Shown here one piece after another: positions 50,501-62,328 of a stretch of DNA of 64,000 nucleotides (its first letter is position 1; the number at the start of each line of letters is the position of its first letter). The notes under the pieces were generated by a model. The model worked only from the letters and a program-made list of their open reading frames with translations. It made no database searches and had not been told where the DNA came from. The DNA comes from Ascidiella aspersa (lineage: Eukaryota). The DNA is taken from contig OZ004607.1 in the NCBI GenBank assembly GCA_963924565.1, positions 10,168,001-10,232,000 of the forward strand, given 5' to 3'. The position numbers and the translations under genes were made by a program.

Positions 50501-52034
50501 TTGGCCCCATCCCATCGGAATGTTTTATCCTGCATAGAGCCCACTCCCTGTCACGCCATCTTCCGGGTCTGGAAGTGCCGCAACATCGTCGCAAGGCGTC
50601 CCTGGTATGCTCACCCCTGATGTTTTTAGCCAAGCGATGCAGCAAGCCTTGAGCCAGTAAGTTACTTTATCAAAACGGGCTTTGTTGTGCGTAATGATTA
50701 TACAAATTTTAGTATTTTATACAAATTTTAGTATTTTAGGCTCGTTTACATTTCCTGTTTTGAAACGAAACTGTTCTCTCACGGACCTGGCCTGTATTGT
50801 CTCAATTCTAATATATATTTTTAATTTTTATTATAGGTAAATTAAACGTTTCACTAGCACTTGACTATGGAAACTAAATGAGTTATATAAAGGTTTGCAA
50901 ACGAAAGATTATATTTCGCTGTATTCTTTGAATGCAAAGGCATAAAATGCAAACAAAAACCGATTTTGTGTAGTGGCATGATAAATTGTGGTAATATGCG
51001 GCGATACTGGTTGTCTGCGTTATATCCTACCTAAAAAGGTGTATTTTTCGTAGCATTCTTAAAAATCTTTTAGCCATTTCATTGATGGTCAAATATTTTT
51101 AGATCTTCCAGTCCTGGAGCAAGTGGCAGTGAAAGCCAGTCAGCAGCGGGCGGACCACCGGCACAGCTGCCTGAAAGTGTTATAAAGGTCAGTTTGGTGT
51201 GGTGCAGTTCAGTGCCAAACTGTTATCCTTTTTTTTCTGGTCGGTGATCGAAAAATTTGGGTAGATTTGACAGAATATCGCGTTTTTTAACGTTTATTAT
51301 TGTACATAGCCATCAGGCCACGATGTAAAATTTTCACACAAAGTTAGGTGAAGAAATATTTTTTGTGGCAGTGACAGGCTATACTTATTTAACTTCGAAG
51401 GTTGTAATGATCGCTACTTTGGCCTTCAGAGCATTCCTCGTTACAATGAATTAAGTCATCGTTTTTAAAATGGCTTGACTTATCTTTCGGGAAAAATGAC
51501 TTGGGATAAAGCGAATTCTTTTGAAAAGTTTAGGCATATTTTTTTCAAAAAAAATGGGTTATTTGTAACAGTTTTTCACATAAAACAATTTACTTGCTAC
51601 ACATTGGGATTTGTTGATTTTTTATAAGTTGTAATATTATTGCTCATATTAGGACGAGTTTATCAATTTTTTTTTTTTTTTTTTTTTTTTAAGACTTACT
51701 TGATTTGAAGTTGACTTTACATAATTATGACTTGACTTGGGCAACTGATGACTCGGACTGTTTGACTTGCTATTTATTAAAAAAATCATGACTGGGATTT
51801 TAGTTATTTAAAAATTACTTGTTTACAACACTAGACATCCCCACTTTTGACTCAGCAAATTTTTGCTCGTGACGACTGCTGACCCAGCGTTTTTCGTTTC
51901 AGGAGGGCCTTGAACAGCTGCGCAGCATGGGGATACAGGATGAACAGGCGAGCAGACAAGCACTAGTTGTGGCTGGTGGTAACGTACAAGCCGCCGTCAA
52001 CATATTATTTGCTTCGGGCATGGAAGACTTGTGA
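47581..52034 (+). CDS. UBL7: Ubiquitin-like protein 7 (N-terminal UBL, C-terminal UBA), about 378 aa
   Basis: Exons 47581-47731, 47835-47963, 48578-48669, 48746-48830, 48931-48988, 49295-49418, 49910-50071, 50538-50656, 51103-51187, 51903-52034 (TGA). UBL: DLFFAGRLI. UBL7-typical blocks: KESLAEIVNSIPSLKSD, ITSSQLATALSMA, DVFSQAMQQAL. UBA: LEQLRSMGIQDEQASRQALVVAGGNVQAAVNILF. Probable 5'UTR exon ending at the donor at 47330/47331. Confidence 0.9.
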
Positions 52035-54282
52035 TTTTCTTATCGACGGATATTCCAAGAATATTTATTTAGCTTTTTGGTGAAGTGCTACCGACGTTCG
52101 TCCTTGTCGTTTTATAAAGCTGGCATTTTGCATTACTTTGTTTTTTCATCAAAATTGATATTTTTATGTGGATTAGCATTATCCTTTCATCTAGCGGTTG
52201 ATGGTTGTCATGTTTATTTGGCCACTCAAATAAATATTCACACAGATATTGCTCGTTGCCTTTTGCCATTGGGTTGGTGGCGAGTTTTTTCAGTTAGTCA
52301 GCTGACCAGATTATTTCCAACTTTCCGCATATTATTTGAAGCAGGTGTTAGTATATTTTGTGTATGGTCTCAAATAAAAGTCGAATTCATGCTTGTTGGT
52401 TACTTGTTTGTTAAAAAAAACGCAGGCTATAAATTTTTTTAAAAACCGACACTGTATAATTTCCCTGAATTCGACTTAAGATGTGGTGTGATATTGTGCT
52501 ATTTGCTACCACTGGTTAGTCTTGACAAGGCACTCTTCGGATTCAGGGACAAATACACTCTTTTTAGCTTTATAAAGTACTAAATGTACATCGAGATTTG
52601 CTGAGCAGTCGCGCTGTAGGCCTATTAGCCATTAAGCTAAATTGGCCTATAAGGCATCCACATATGATAAACCGACAAAAATAATTTTATTAGCCCAATG
52701 TTTAGGTTGACGTAGATTGTCATAATAATGATAATTTCCTGTTTAATCTAAGCAAAATTTAACATTGATAAAAACTAAACCAAAATTATGTAACTCTGTT
52801 AATAGTTTAACGCATTTTTCAGCGATGGCCTCATAAAACAAGGATATTTAAGAAACCTGCTGTTTTTGATCAAACTTGTGTGCAAAATGAAATTTCTTTC
52901 CATTTTAAATTATACACTAAAGTTTTAATCAGGGATTATTGGAACTCCAAAAATCTTTTCACTCAACCCAAGGGGCCCACAGACCCACTTTAAGTGCCCC
53001 TGGTTTAACGCATGTTTAAATTTTGTATTAGGCCTACACGTTGTTAAAAGTTGTTATGGCATCTTCAAAGCCTAATCTAGCCATGTAGGCTACGTATCCC
53101 TCGAGGTGTCGCAAGCGCGCTGATTGGTTTCACTCACCCGAAGTACTTCTGACAGTCTGCTAGCAACGGAAGCCAGTTCAATCTGTTACTCGGTAAAGAC
53201 GATGCCGCCTTTGCGAAAAGCGTGGAAATAGACATTAAAGTTGTCAGTTGTTTGTATCGTTGGACTTCACGGGTTTGTGATTTGTTCGGCGAATTGCGAA
53301 GCTTCTTGTACCCTTGGCCTTAGCGTACAATTTAGCGTTTATGCTGTTCGTTTAGCGAGGAAAATTTAACGTTTATGATAATAGCTTCATACTTGTTTAC
53401 CTAGTGCTGTCAAGCTAGTCTGGCCCTTTGAACTTAAGGGAACACACAATGTTTTCAAACAATAAGCGTAGACGTTTGCCAGTATTTCTATGCCATACAG
53501 TTAACTGAAATGCAAAGATTTAACATTCTCTGACCAATGTTTATTGTGTAACAGTGCAAAGAAGTTATTCGTTGGCATACTATTTCAGGTTGTCGGACTC
53601 GTATACGCAGTTTAAAGATTTGAGTCGTTGCGCCAATAGAGACCTGCTGAGGTTTGTATGCTAAAGTTTGCAAACCACCTTCGTTATGTGACGATCCCGG
53701 GCATATTTATTAAAATAGTTTATAATAGCGCGTCAGACCATCGTATTCAGGTCTGTAGAAAGAGACAACCTTTATTCGTTTTGATCCCGTTTTTAGCCTT
53801 CTTGTGTTGAATTATTTGGTCATTTGAAGCAGTTCAATCGTCGTTTCTCCCCCAGTAAGCAGCACCGTAATTTCCAGCCCGAAACCTAGATATACCGTAG
53901 ACCCAGTTCCGAAGACAGCAATTTGTTAAGTTTATTTTTCTAGTAAAAAGAACGTTACCAACTGTATTTATCTTTGTCCACAGGTACACCCTTAGAAAGC
54001 GGTACGAAAACAAACAAAGCCTTGTAGGCTACTTTATTATGGTTTATTACGTTACACAAACGCTCGTGCTCATATATCTTTAAAACCCGCATTGGTCAAA
54101 TTGTAAGTTTAAAGTTTTTACCGAAGCTAATAGACACTGCTGGCCGATTTTTTGACATATGACGCCCCACCACGCTTAATAGGCCTCATGATTTTACTGC
54201 CTTGCAAGTTACATAGACTTACGCCGGTCGGTGGCAATTACCATATTCTGCCTTTGTCGGTCGTTGACGTATACTTACACAT

Positions 54283-54486
54283 ATGTGGTCTCTCTATTTA
54301 ACCTTCTTCATATTATCGTCCTGTGTAGAGCGAGAAGGCTTTTTAGATTCAATACGATACGAAATTTATGTAGAATTGCTTGCTGTAGTTTTGATTCTAG
54401 GGTTTGGTGGTATCTGGTGGTGTCGTGACAGAAAAGAACAAATATTAGCAAAGGTCGGGGACAAAATGTTCAAGTGGCAAGAATAG
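54283..54486 (+). CDS. Possible small single-pass membrane protein, or last exon of an unrecognised spliced gene
   Basis: 67-aa ORF with hydrophobic stretch IYVELLAVVLILGFGGIWWC followed by basic RDRK. A plausible acceptor at 54328 and several well-formed upstream exon-like segments. No recognised homology. Confidence 0.3.
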   Translation: MWSLYLTFFILSSCVEREGFLDSIRYEIYVELLAVVLILGFGGIWWCRDRKEQILAKVGDKMFKWQE

Positions 54487-54909
54487 AAAGCCATGTGTGT
54501 CTTGTTCAACGGCATTAATTCGGAAGGCACTCTTGACAAATAATTGCAGTTTAATGTCAATAATTCTCGCAACGGTGAATGCAATAGGCATGTGTGATTA
54601 CTTCTGTTAAATTGGGGATAAAGTCTGTCATTTGGTAAATTATGTTCTGTACTGATTTTGGTCGGTGTTTAACTATATGAATTATGCATTTTGGTCTATC
54701 AGTAAAGCATTTTGTTCTATCAGACAAACATCGCTTGCAGTAATACGCCAGAATTCCGACGGAGTGTGGTTAAGACGCAACATGAAAAAACATCAGCTGA
54801 TATTAAAGGTTTGCTTAGCTTAAACGTTTTACAGATAATCCTATAACTACAGGTTATTGTGCATTAACATATATAACAATAACTGTTTTTAAACATATAT
54901 AACAATAAC

Positions 54910-55389
54910 GTCCCGGCTTGACCGGAGGGTTCGAACCTCACTGCATGAGTTCGAACCTCACTGCAGGCTAGTTGTTTTTCTAGTCTGCTTTGCTTGCATC
55001 ATAGATCAACAGATTCGGTGAGTCTGCGATGGCTTTCGGTGTACCAATTATACGTAAGCCGTAGTCGTTGGTCAAAAAGCAGCTTCGAAGGGCTAGATCT
55101 CAGTTATTAACACACATATGTGTGAATGTTTCATTGAATAAATGATATGGTACTGTGGATCCCCTTCTATGAGGTTGCTTGTACTAACAGATTGAGCAAG
55201 CATTGGCGCATGGCTGTTTCTCGACTCGTACCCTTCTGAGCCTGCATAGCTCAGTTGGTAGAGCGACGGTCCCGGCTTGACCGGAGGTCGTGAGTTCGAA
55301 CCTCACTGCAGGCTAGTTGTTTTTCTAGTCTGCTCTGCTTGCAGCATAGATCAACAGATTCGGTGAGTCTGCGATGGCTTTCGGTGTAC
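54910..55389 (+). mobile_element. Partial-tandem (about 1.4 units) tRNA-like-containing mobile repeat
   Basis: A 5'-truncated unit (54910-55239) is followed by a second unit starting at the tRNA-like head (55240) and truncated at 55389. Flanking direct repeat CTGTTTTTAAACAT (54883-54896, 55390-55403). Confidence 0.8.
55240..55314 (+). ncRNA. tRNA-like cloverleaf (pseudo-tRNA / SINE head) with A and B boxes and a downstream T5 terminator
   Basis: Acceptor stem GCCTGCA/TGCAGGC, D arm GCTC-AGTTGGTA-GAGC, anticodon stem CGGTC/GACCG with non-canonical loop CCGGCTT (no U33, no purine 37), T arm GTGAG-TTCGAAC-CTCAC; TTTTT at 55320-55324. Confidence 0.75.
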
Positions 55390-55765
55390 CTGTTTTTAAA
55401 CATTAATATATTTTTAAAAGCCAGCGTTTATTTTAAAAGTTTTACAAGAGATTCATAGTAAATTATCAACTGCTGTTGAATAGCTTGGTAAGTAAGGTTT
55501 AGATATGAAGTTGGAAGAGTTATTTTTGGTCTGTGCAACTCAGAAGAGAAAATGTTTATCAGTTGTCATACTACTTTGCAGTTATTGTCTCAATTAAAGT
55601 TTGCATTTATGTTTGCAGGTTGCCTATGTTCGTATGTGGGACGTTTGAATAATTAAGGATACTTTCTTGTTTCGCGCTTCAAATGTAGACCAAAAATTGC
55701 CAACTGAGCAACGAAGTCCAAAAAGCCCAACACTAGTTTGTTTACAAAAGACGAACAATTGAGAT

Positions 55766-56195
55766 CAGTGATTCTCAACCTTTTTTAGAGCAAGAGCCGC
55801 ATTTCAAACCTAAGGTTTGCAAGGAGCCGCATAAAAAATTACAGTAGGCCTGTAATTAAAAAACATTAAGAAAGCAACAAGAAAACAACAAATATACATT
55901 ACGCTAACCTAGTCGAACTAATTAAAAGTGTTTGCCATAGCTTGTCGATCAGGACTAAATATATTGTGACGTAACAAACCACAAAATTATTTTAAAGAGC
56001 CGGATGGAAGTACCCGGTAACATTAGTACTTCGTACTCGGGATCCTTGCTGATACAATTCATTAATTCTTGATTTCTCTTGCTTACTTTGTTGCAATTCT
56101 GCTACTGCTAACTAATTTTTCACTCGGTTAGAGAGCCGCCAAATGTACAGTTGAGAGCCGCATGCGGCTCTGAGAGCCGCGGTTGAGAATCACTG
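55766..56195. mobile_element. hAT-type MITE
   Basis: TIRs CAGTGATTCTCAACC...GGTTGAGAATCACTG, GAGCCGC subterminal repeats, perfect TSD ATTGAGAT (55758-55765, 56196-56203). Confidence 0.92.
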
Positions 56196-57379
56196 ATTGA
56201 GATAGTATCGACTCTGGAATGTATGAGTCGAAATTGCTATTTTGATTTGGGGTTAGGTTTCGGTGGTATTGTACGTTGAAGTTCATGTCTGGGCGTAAAT
56301 TTTATTACACATAGAACTGCTAAAATTTCCTAAAACATTCGTATAAGGTTCGTAATTTGTTTATGTTAGTTTTTGTTTGTCATAAATAGCGGTTCTCAAA
56401 AATCCGCTTAAGGATTGTGGTTTTACGTTAACAAAAACAAACAAAAGCGCCAGTTCGTTTAATTTAAGTGAACCCATTCCGTCGTACTATTAACTCAGAA
56501 AAACGTTAATATGCAGCAGATTATGTTGCTTAAAAAATGTTCCTGGTCCAGCAAAATTTCGTACGGCAGGCAACCCTGAAAGACTTGAGTGTTTAGCAAG
56601 CAAACGCGTTGTACCGAAACGAAGAATAACCAAGCTTAGTTTCGCATGTTTCGCATGTCGATGTCGAAACTAGTTTCGAAGCATCCTCGTAATTGCGGCT
56701 ATGTAACATAACCTTTACGGCAGGTTTGGCGTTTTCATGATATAACCGTTTCCTATAATAATCCTTGGCCTACGATGGTATATAAACCTAACACCGTTAA
56801 GTTTTCTCGGTCACAATATTTTACTATTTTGAAAACAATATCTCACCATAGTAATATAGAACAGTCGTGTGGAAAGTGATAAGATAACAGACAAATCCTA
56901 ACCGAAACAATGGGTAACCTAACATGTCGCACTCATTGAATTTAAACATATCCTTTAACATTTAGAGTGTAGGTGTTTGGCAGTTTTGTAGTTAAACTAA
57001 TTTTCTGTACAAAATTTTAAGTTTGCAATATAATCCTCAGCTCGGATAAATCACTGGTTTCACCTACTTTTTGAATCGATATACTCAATATAGAGCGCTT
57101 TTACCGAATTTGCAATTATTTAATATTTATTTTTGGTGCCAATGACAAGATTTTGGTTTAACATGCCCTGGAAATGACTTGGACTAAGACTCGACTTGCG
57201 ATTTGATGAAAATGACTCCGCCTTGATTTAAGTTATTTTGATAATGAATTGACTCGTACGTTAGTCATTTAACATAACTGTTTTCAACCTGCTGCAAAAA
57301 CATGATCAGAATGTCTTCTAAAAAGAGAAGCGGTCGACATACTTTACAGTTTACACGAACCCTAAACCTGTGCGCCGCT

Positions 57380-57970
57380 AGCAAAAATAGCAGCCAGAAA
57401 AACCCGACCCTAGTCTTACGTGAAATCTCCTGTAATAATCCGCCTTTGCGACTCTTCCCTGTCGCGTTGTGACGTCATAAACCCACGCTACGCGATCGCA
57501 GCTTGACTTCCGTCGCTTGGTTTCGGCTAGGTGACCGCGAAAACTCCCCCGCCATTGATTATAGAGATCGCAGTGACTTGTTTTGCTTGGCCGGATCGAG
57601 TGTGAAGTGATAAGCAGAAAACTGCGACTCGAATTTTAGCTCTCAGCGCAGTGTTTTTAACCTTAGGTGCGCATTTGAGCAAAAGCTCAGCACCACTATA
57701 CTGTTTGCACACGAAAATTTGTGTTTCGCGCACTTGCAGAATGCTATCGAATAAGATTCAGCAATAAACTTCGAGAAAGTGTGTAAACCTCGGAAAAAAG
57801 AAAACAAAATGAGCAAAGTGAATCAAAAAAGTGGTGAAATTTGATACTAACTCTATTAACTCACTATGCCTGTCATTAATTCAGGGGTCGGCCATGTGCT
57901 GACTGAGCTCTAAAAGTTCATGAACTAACATAAACATGAGATTTTTTAGACGAAAGAATGGTTGCAGCAG
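57380..57970 (+). promoter_or_regulatory. Candidate promoter and non-coding first exon of the GPCR
   Basis: CpG-rich island with TGACGTCA (57470-57477), a donor-like CAG|GTGTAA at 57970/57971, and an acceptor at 60531 upstream of the GPCR ATG. Confidence 0.35.
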
Positions 57971-60611
57971 GTGTAACGCTCTATGTAAATGTTAAATAGC
58001 GGCGTCTTATGTATTTCCTGCTTTAGAATAATGTATTTTAAATTTGATATAGCTCTGCAGGCCGTGTGCATAAAAAAGTTAAGCAATTCGAAGTCGATTT
58101 GGGACGTATTGTGACGCAACAGTTACTTTTGATGACGTTTAGATGCCATCAAAAGGTCACGGGTTATATATCGCGACTGCATCATTGTTTGTGTTAAAAA
58201 TACATAAAGTTAGTTTCAAAATTATTTTAACAGAGCTCTTGCGATTGCTATTGTTTTGTAATAAACGAAGGACGTTTAAAAACGCTACAGAGCTCAGCCT
58301 GGTTTTCAAGTTTGTCAGCTAAATGGATTGTGCAAAATTTTCATATTTTTGATGCTGTGTTATTGACTATGACATAGTTTTGACGCGAGACACATTACAT
58401 AGGTAAGGGGGGCTAACGAGAGAGCAAAACAGGGCAAGACAGTCACTGTCAGCCATGCGTTGCAGTAAGAATGGCAGGAGTAAATAGCCCTCTGGTTTCA
58501 ATTGATTGCTCAGTGGTCTGTAATCAATGGTCGCTGGTAACGTTGTGCAAAAACGTGCATTTTGTAGTTTAAAGTTGACTAAACGAGAACAGTGGAGAAA
58601 TCTGACACAAATAAGTTGAAAGCAATCACAAAACGTTCTTTCCTGGTTGACAGCAGGCATACTTAAAGCAATAACAGGAAATTTGGATATCCTGTAATAA
58701 ACAGTGATAGTTCCAAGACTGCTCTGAAGGACAATCTTTATTGCAGTCCAAAGGGCCCATATGGCTGAGATATTTTCTGAGTTTAGGATATTTTCACTTT
58801 TAGATTATATTTGTAGATAGAGGGAAAAGTACAGAAGCAGGTGTGTCCTAGATTTAAAAAAATTTAAAGTTACAGCATTTGGTTAAACGTAAAGCATTGT
58901 TAGTATTTTTCAAGCTAATATGAAATGTATTTGGCTTACCTGTGACTTCACAAGTAAATCTGGATAATAATTAAGTGAAATAAAATTACGAGGTCCAACT
59001 TAATGCGTCATATCAGCCCCAATACAATTGACAAGGTACGCCAATATTAGCTGCAAAATGACGCGTGTATCATTCGCGGATTGAATGTGAACAACTCTAT
59101 GCCGAAAATGAGTCACAGTAACGATGGTTATATTGTGATACAGCACACTTGAAAGCAAGAAAACTAGAATTCGCAGGCGAAAGACGTAGTAAATTGGGCC
59201 AAATCGTGAATCACGAAAGAAGAGCCTTACATAAAACATAAGTTGCTCATTGTAGCCTACGCATTGTGTTTTTTAATGTTAGGCTATTAGCGATTTGTTT
59301 TCATCGCTTTACGTCCTGGTGAGGAGAAACTATTGCTTTTTGTGACATATGGCTTATTTTGTACAGTATTCAACGCATGACCTTTAATGTTGAGTACCCA
59401 ACTTGTTTGGTTGTACACAAGTAAATACTGTCATCAAAATAAGTTAAAATTATAATTTATTTAGTCTGTATAAATACAGTATATTAAACATTCGATTTAG
59501 CAGTTTTTGTTAAAAACATAAAAATATTTGAATTATTGCTATTTTAAAATCGGACAAGAAAGAAGTAAAAGTTCGAAATTAAAAAAATATAAAAAATGTT
59601 ATGCAAGGACTGTCTTAGATTTTTGCAACCAAGCCCTTGAAAATAGTATCTCAAACCATTGTCAAAATTCCCCATGCAACAAATAACAGTTTAAGAAGTA
59701 CTTGTCTTGATCATAGTCGTCCAAATACTTTTTTTATAGATATCCGTCTACAGGTGTCACCGTACCTTGATATGTGCTTTATTAATTCGTTAGTGTTTTA
59801 TTTTTGGGCAGCAAGTAGACGTCCTTCCTGGGAAATATTCTCCAAAATGTATTTCGATTCTTAGTCGCGGTTAAGTTTCGGCGAATTTATCAAACGTATA
59901 GTGAGTAGCGAACTTAGGTTGACCGCAATGTTCAGCCGAAAATGGATTTTTAGTCGTAGCTTATTAGACTCTCCAAAATAGCCTAAGATATGTACGGAGC
60001 CAAATGTAGGGGAGAAAGTAAGCCGGAACTTTTATGACGTAACTTTGTGACGTCATACCTGACAATTATTATGCGTTGCAGTAGGATTTTTTTAGCATTT
60101 CGGTAAAAAAATTATTCTACTTTCACCCCATGGCTATTATTTTTAGGTTCGTCCTACTTATGATTAAACCCCGCCAATAACAAAGTATAGACAATAAAAT
60201 TATGTTCTAGCCAGTAAAAAACATTTAGGAAGAAAAATGGTCCAACACGTAAAGTTTTGTTCGTTTAAATCTAGAATAGAGACAGAATATCACGAAAATA
60301 TTTTTATTTTTACATCATATATTGTGAAAAGTTTGAATTCAGCGAATTAATAAATTATCGTAAAACGTATTCTCGCTTTCGTCAAACATATAGGCTTTTA
60401 TATTTCAATTAAAAGCTTTTGTTAACGTTAGTTTATAGTTGATAGCATTAACATATTCTGATTTATCTATGACGTGTCGATGTTATCCACGATTCCTGCT
60501 TTTATAATTTTTTAAAACTCTATGATTGCAGAATGTTGAGCTTTGGACAATATTAAAAATATAGGTAAACGTCTAGGGCCACACCCTCGTGCAATTACTG
60601 AAGCCCTGGCC

Positions 60612-62328
60612 ATGGCAGAAACAACAGCCATCGTCGGTCACCCCCGAAACACGACTGGCGATTTCAACTTTACAACAGAAGCAGGAACAACAACAACGCC
60701 TTTTAACCCTTGGGCCGGGCAGCTAGGACCTCTGCAGTACTTTGAGATCCTCTATCTTTCGATTGTCGTTGTGCTGGGATCGCTGGGTAACCTCACAGTG
60801 ATCTTTTCGATCATTTCGGAGCGACGCGTGCACGCCCATGGCAACATCTTCGTCATTAACCTTGCAGTAGCCGATTTGCTGGTAAGTTCTTCTGGACTCT
60901 GGGTTCGTCGCAAAGTCTTTGAATGTTTAAAAAGTCTTGGGAATTCCAAAGTCTTAAGTCCTATCAATCTTCACAAAATGCCTTTGAATTTATATCATAA
61001 AAATGTGTAATAACCCTATGTTTTTTCTGTTCATTGAGACCGATTTTCTGGTAGGAACATTGGTCTTTCTTTAAAAAAAAGAAATAAAACTTTGCCGCGT
61101 ATTACGTAACAGTTTTTTGCCCAGTCCGTGGTAGTATTTAAATTGTGCTCGATATTCGACATCGTTCATGCTATACGAAGCGACAGTCACGTTATTCCCA
61201 ACAGAACTAATTTCACGAGCAATTTCGACGTACGGTCGATTAAACTGACCATAACTAAAGTGACTCTGCAGACTCATACACTCGGTATCATCTTCGTTCA
61301 ATTGGCAAACATTTGTAAGCAAATCGATAAGCAGCAATCGCCAAAAAAACTTTGATCTTCAAAAAGGCCATTTCCACGCATAATCACTAATCAATATTGC
61401 GGGTATACGTGTAACTAAACCTGTTGGTAATTGGTTTAGCATCTCTTAATGATAATTGCAGTCGCGATTATAAGGCTTCATTTTGTTGTCATTAAAGCTA
61501 TGAGCATTGTAATTTGTCTAAAATAAATTTGATTTATTAAAAGAAAAACATTGGTTTGACCAATTATGCAAAATTGCATCCGTGTTTGAGGCGACGAATT
61601 ATGAAACAGTGTTTTATGTGTTGCCCATCGTTCGATTAGTTATACAATTTTATTTTGCTAAAATGTGTTTTGCAAGTATAGCGTCATTCGCGTGCAAGGA
61701 ATACTACCCACTCTTATATCCCAATTAAAGGAAATTCCTTTATGCTTTTAACCACGCCTAACAACAATTTATTCCACGAATAAGACAACGACAAATATCA
61801 TAAAAATGTCAGAGGAATCAAGAAATAATCCAACATAATACCCGCTCGCAATTTAATGATTTAATGATTTAGAAAACGGCTATGTTCTGCGATATGGGTA
61901 TATATCTTCAGTGGGGTATTTCGTTGGTTATCACATTTTCATCTCTTTTTTGGCGTTTTACTTTGTGTGGAGTTGAGTGTGGTTGTTACATTACCTGATG
62001 AATGCATCCTGCATAGGTAGCAGGTAGCCTAAACGTCGGATAAAGAAATTAGTGCCGAAGGAGCTTATCCTTAGTACAAACCTCACAATTATCAAACACA
62101 TTTTCACCCCTCTGCAGCACCGCAATTTACGTCACGACATTGACGTCACCATTTGACAATGACGTCACTACTTTTCCAGGTCACCGGCTTCGTGGTCCCA
62201 ACCGTGATTGTGAACGTGGCCGCTTCAACCAACGCCCTGAGCTTCACTGTTTGTCAGATTGTGGGCTATACGGTGACGGTAACCTGCACATGCTCCCTAT
62301 GCAACCTTATGGTGATCGCTATCAACAG
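60612..62328 (+). CDS. Class A GPCR, melatonin-receptor-like (TM1-TM3 only; continues beyond the window)
   Basis: ATG in GCCATGG context at 60612 with an in-frame upstream stop. Exons 60612-60881 and 62180-62328. N-glycosylation sequons NTT and NFT; TM1 GSLGN; TM2 GNIFVINLAVADLL; conserved Cys at the top of TM3 (VCQ); TM3 ends IAINR|, i.e. the NR(Y) variant of DRY characteristic of melatonin receptors. Confidence 0.82.

Noticed and set aside
55240-55314. Functional tRNA-Ala(GGC) gene
   Set aside because: Anticodon loop lacks U33 and purine 37, extra bases flank the anticodon stem, GGC anticodons are atypical in eukaryotes, and it is embedded in a dispersed repeat.
61985-62050. Third hammerhead candidate (CCTGATGAATGCATCCTGCAT...CCTAAACGTCGGATAAAG)
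   Set aside because: No GAAA directly after a stem II and no convincing stem I; at best a decayed relic.
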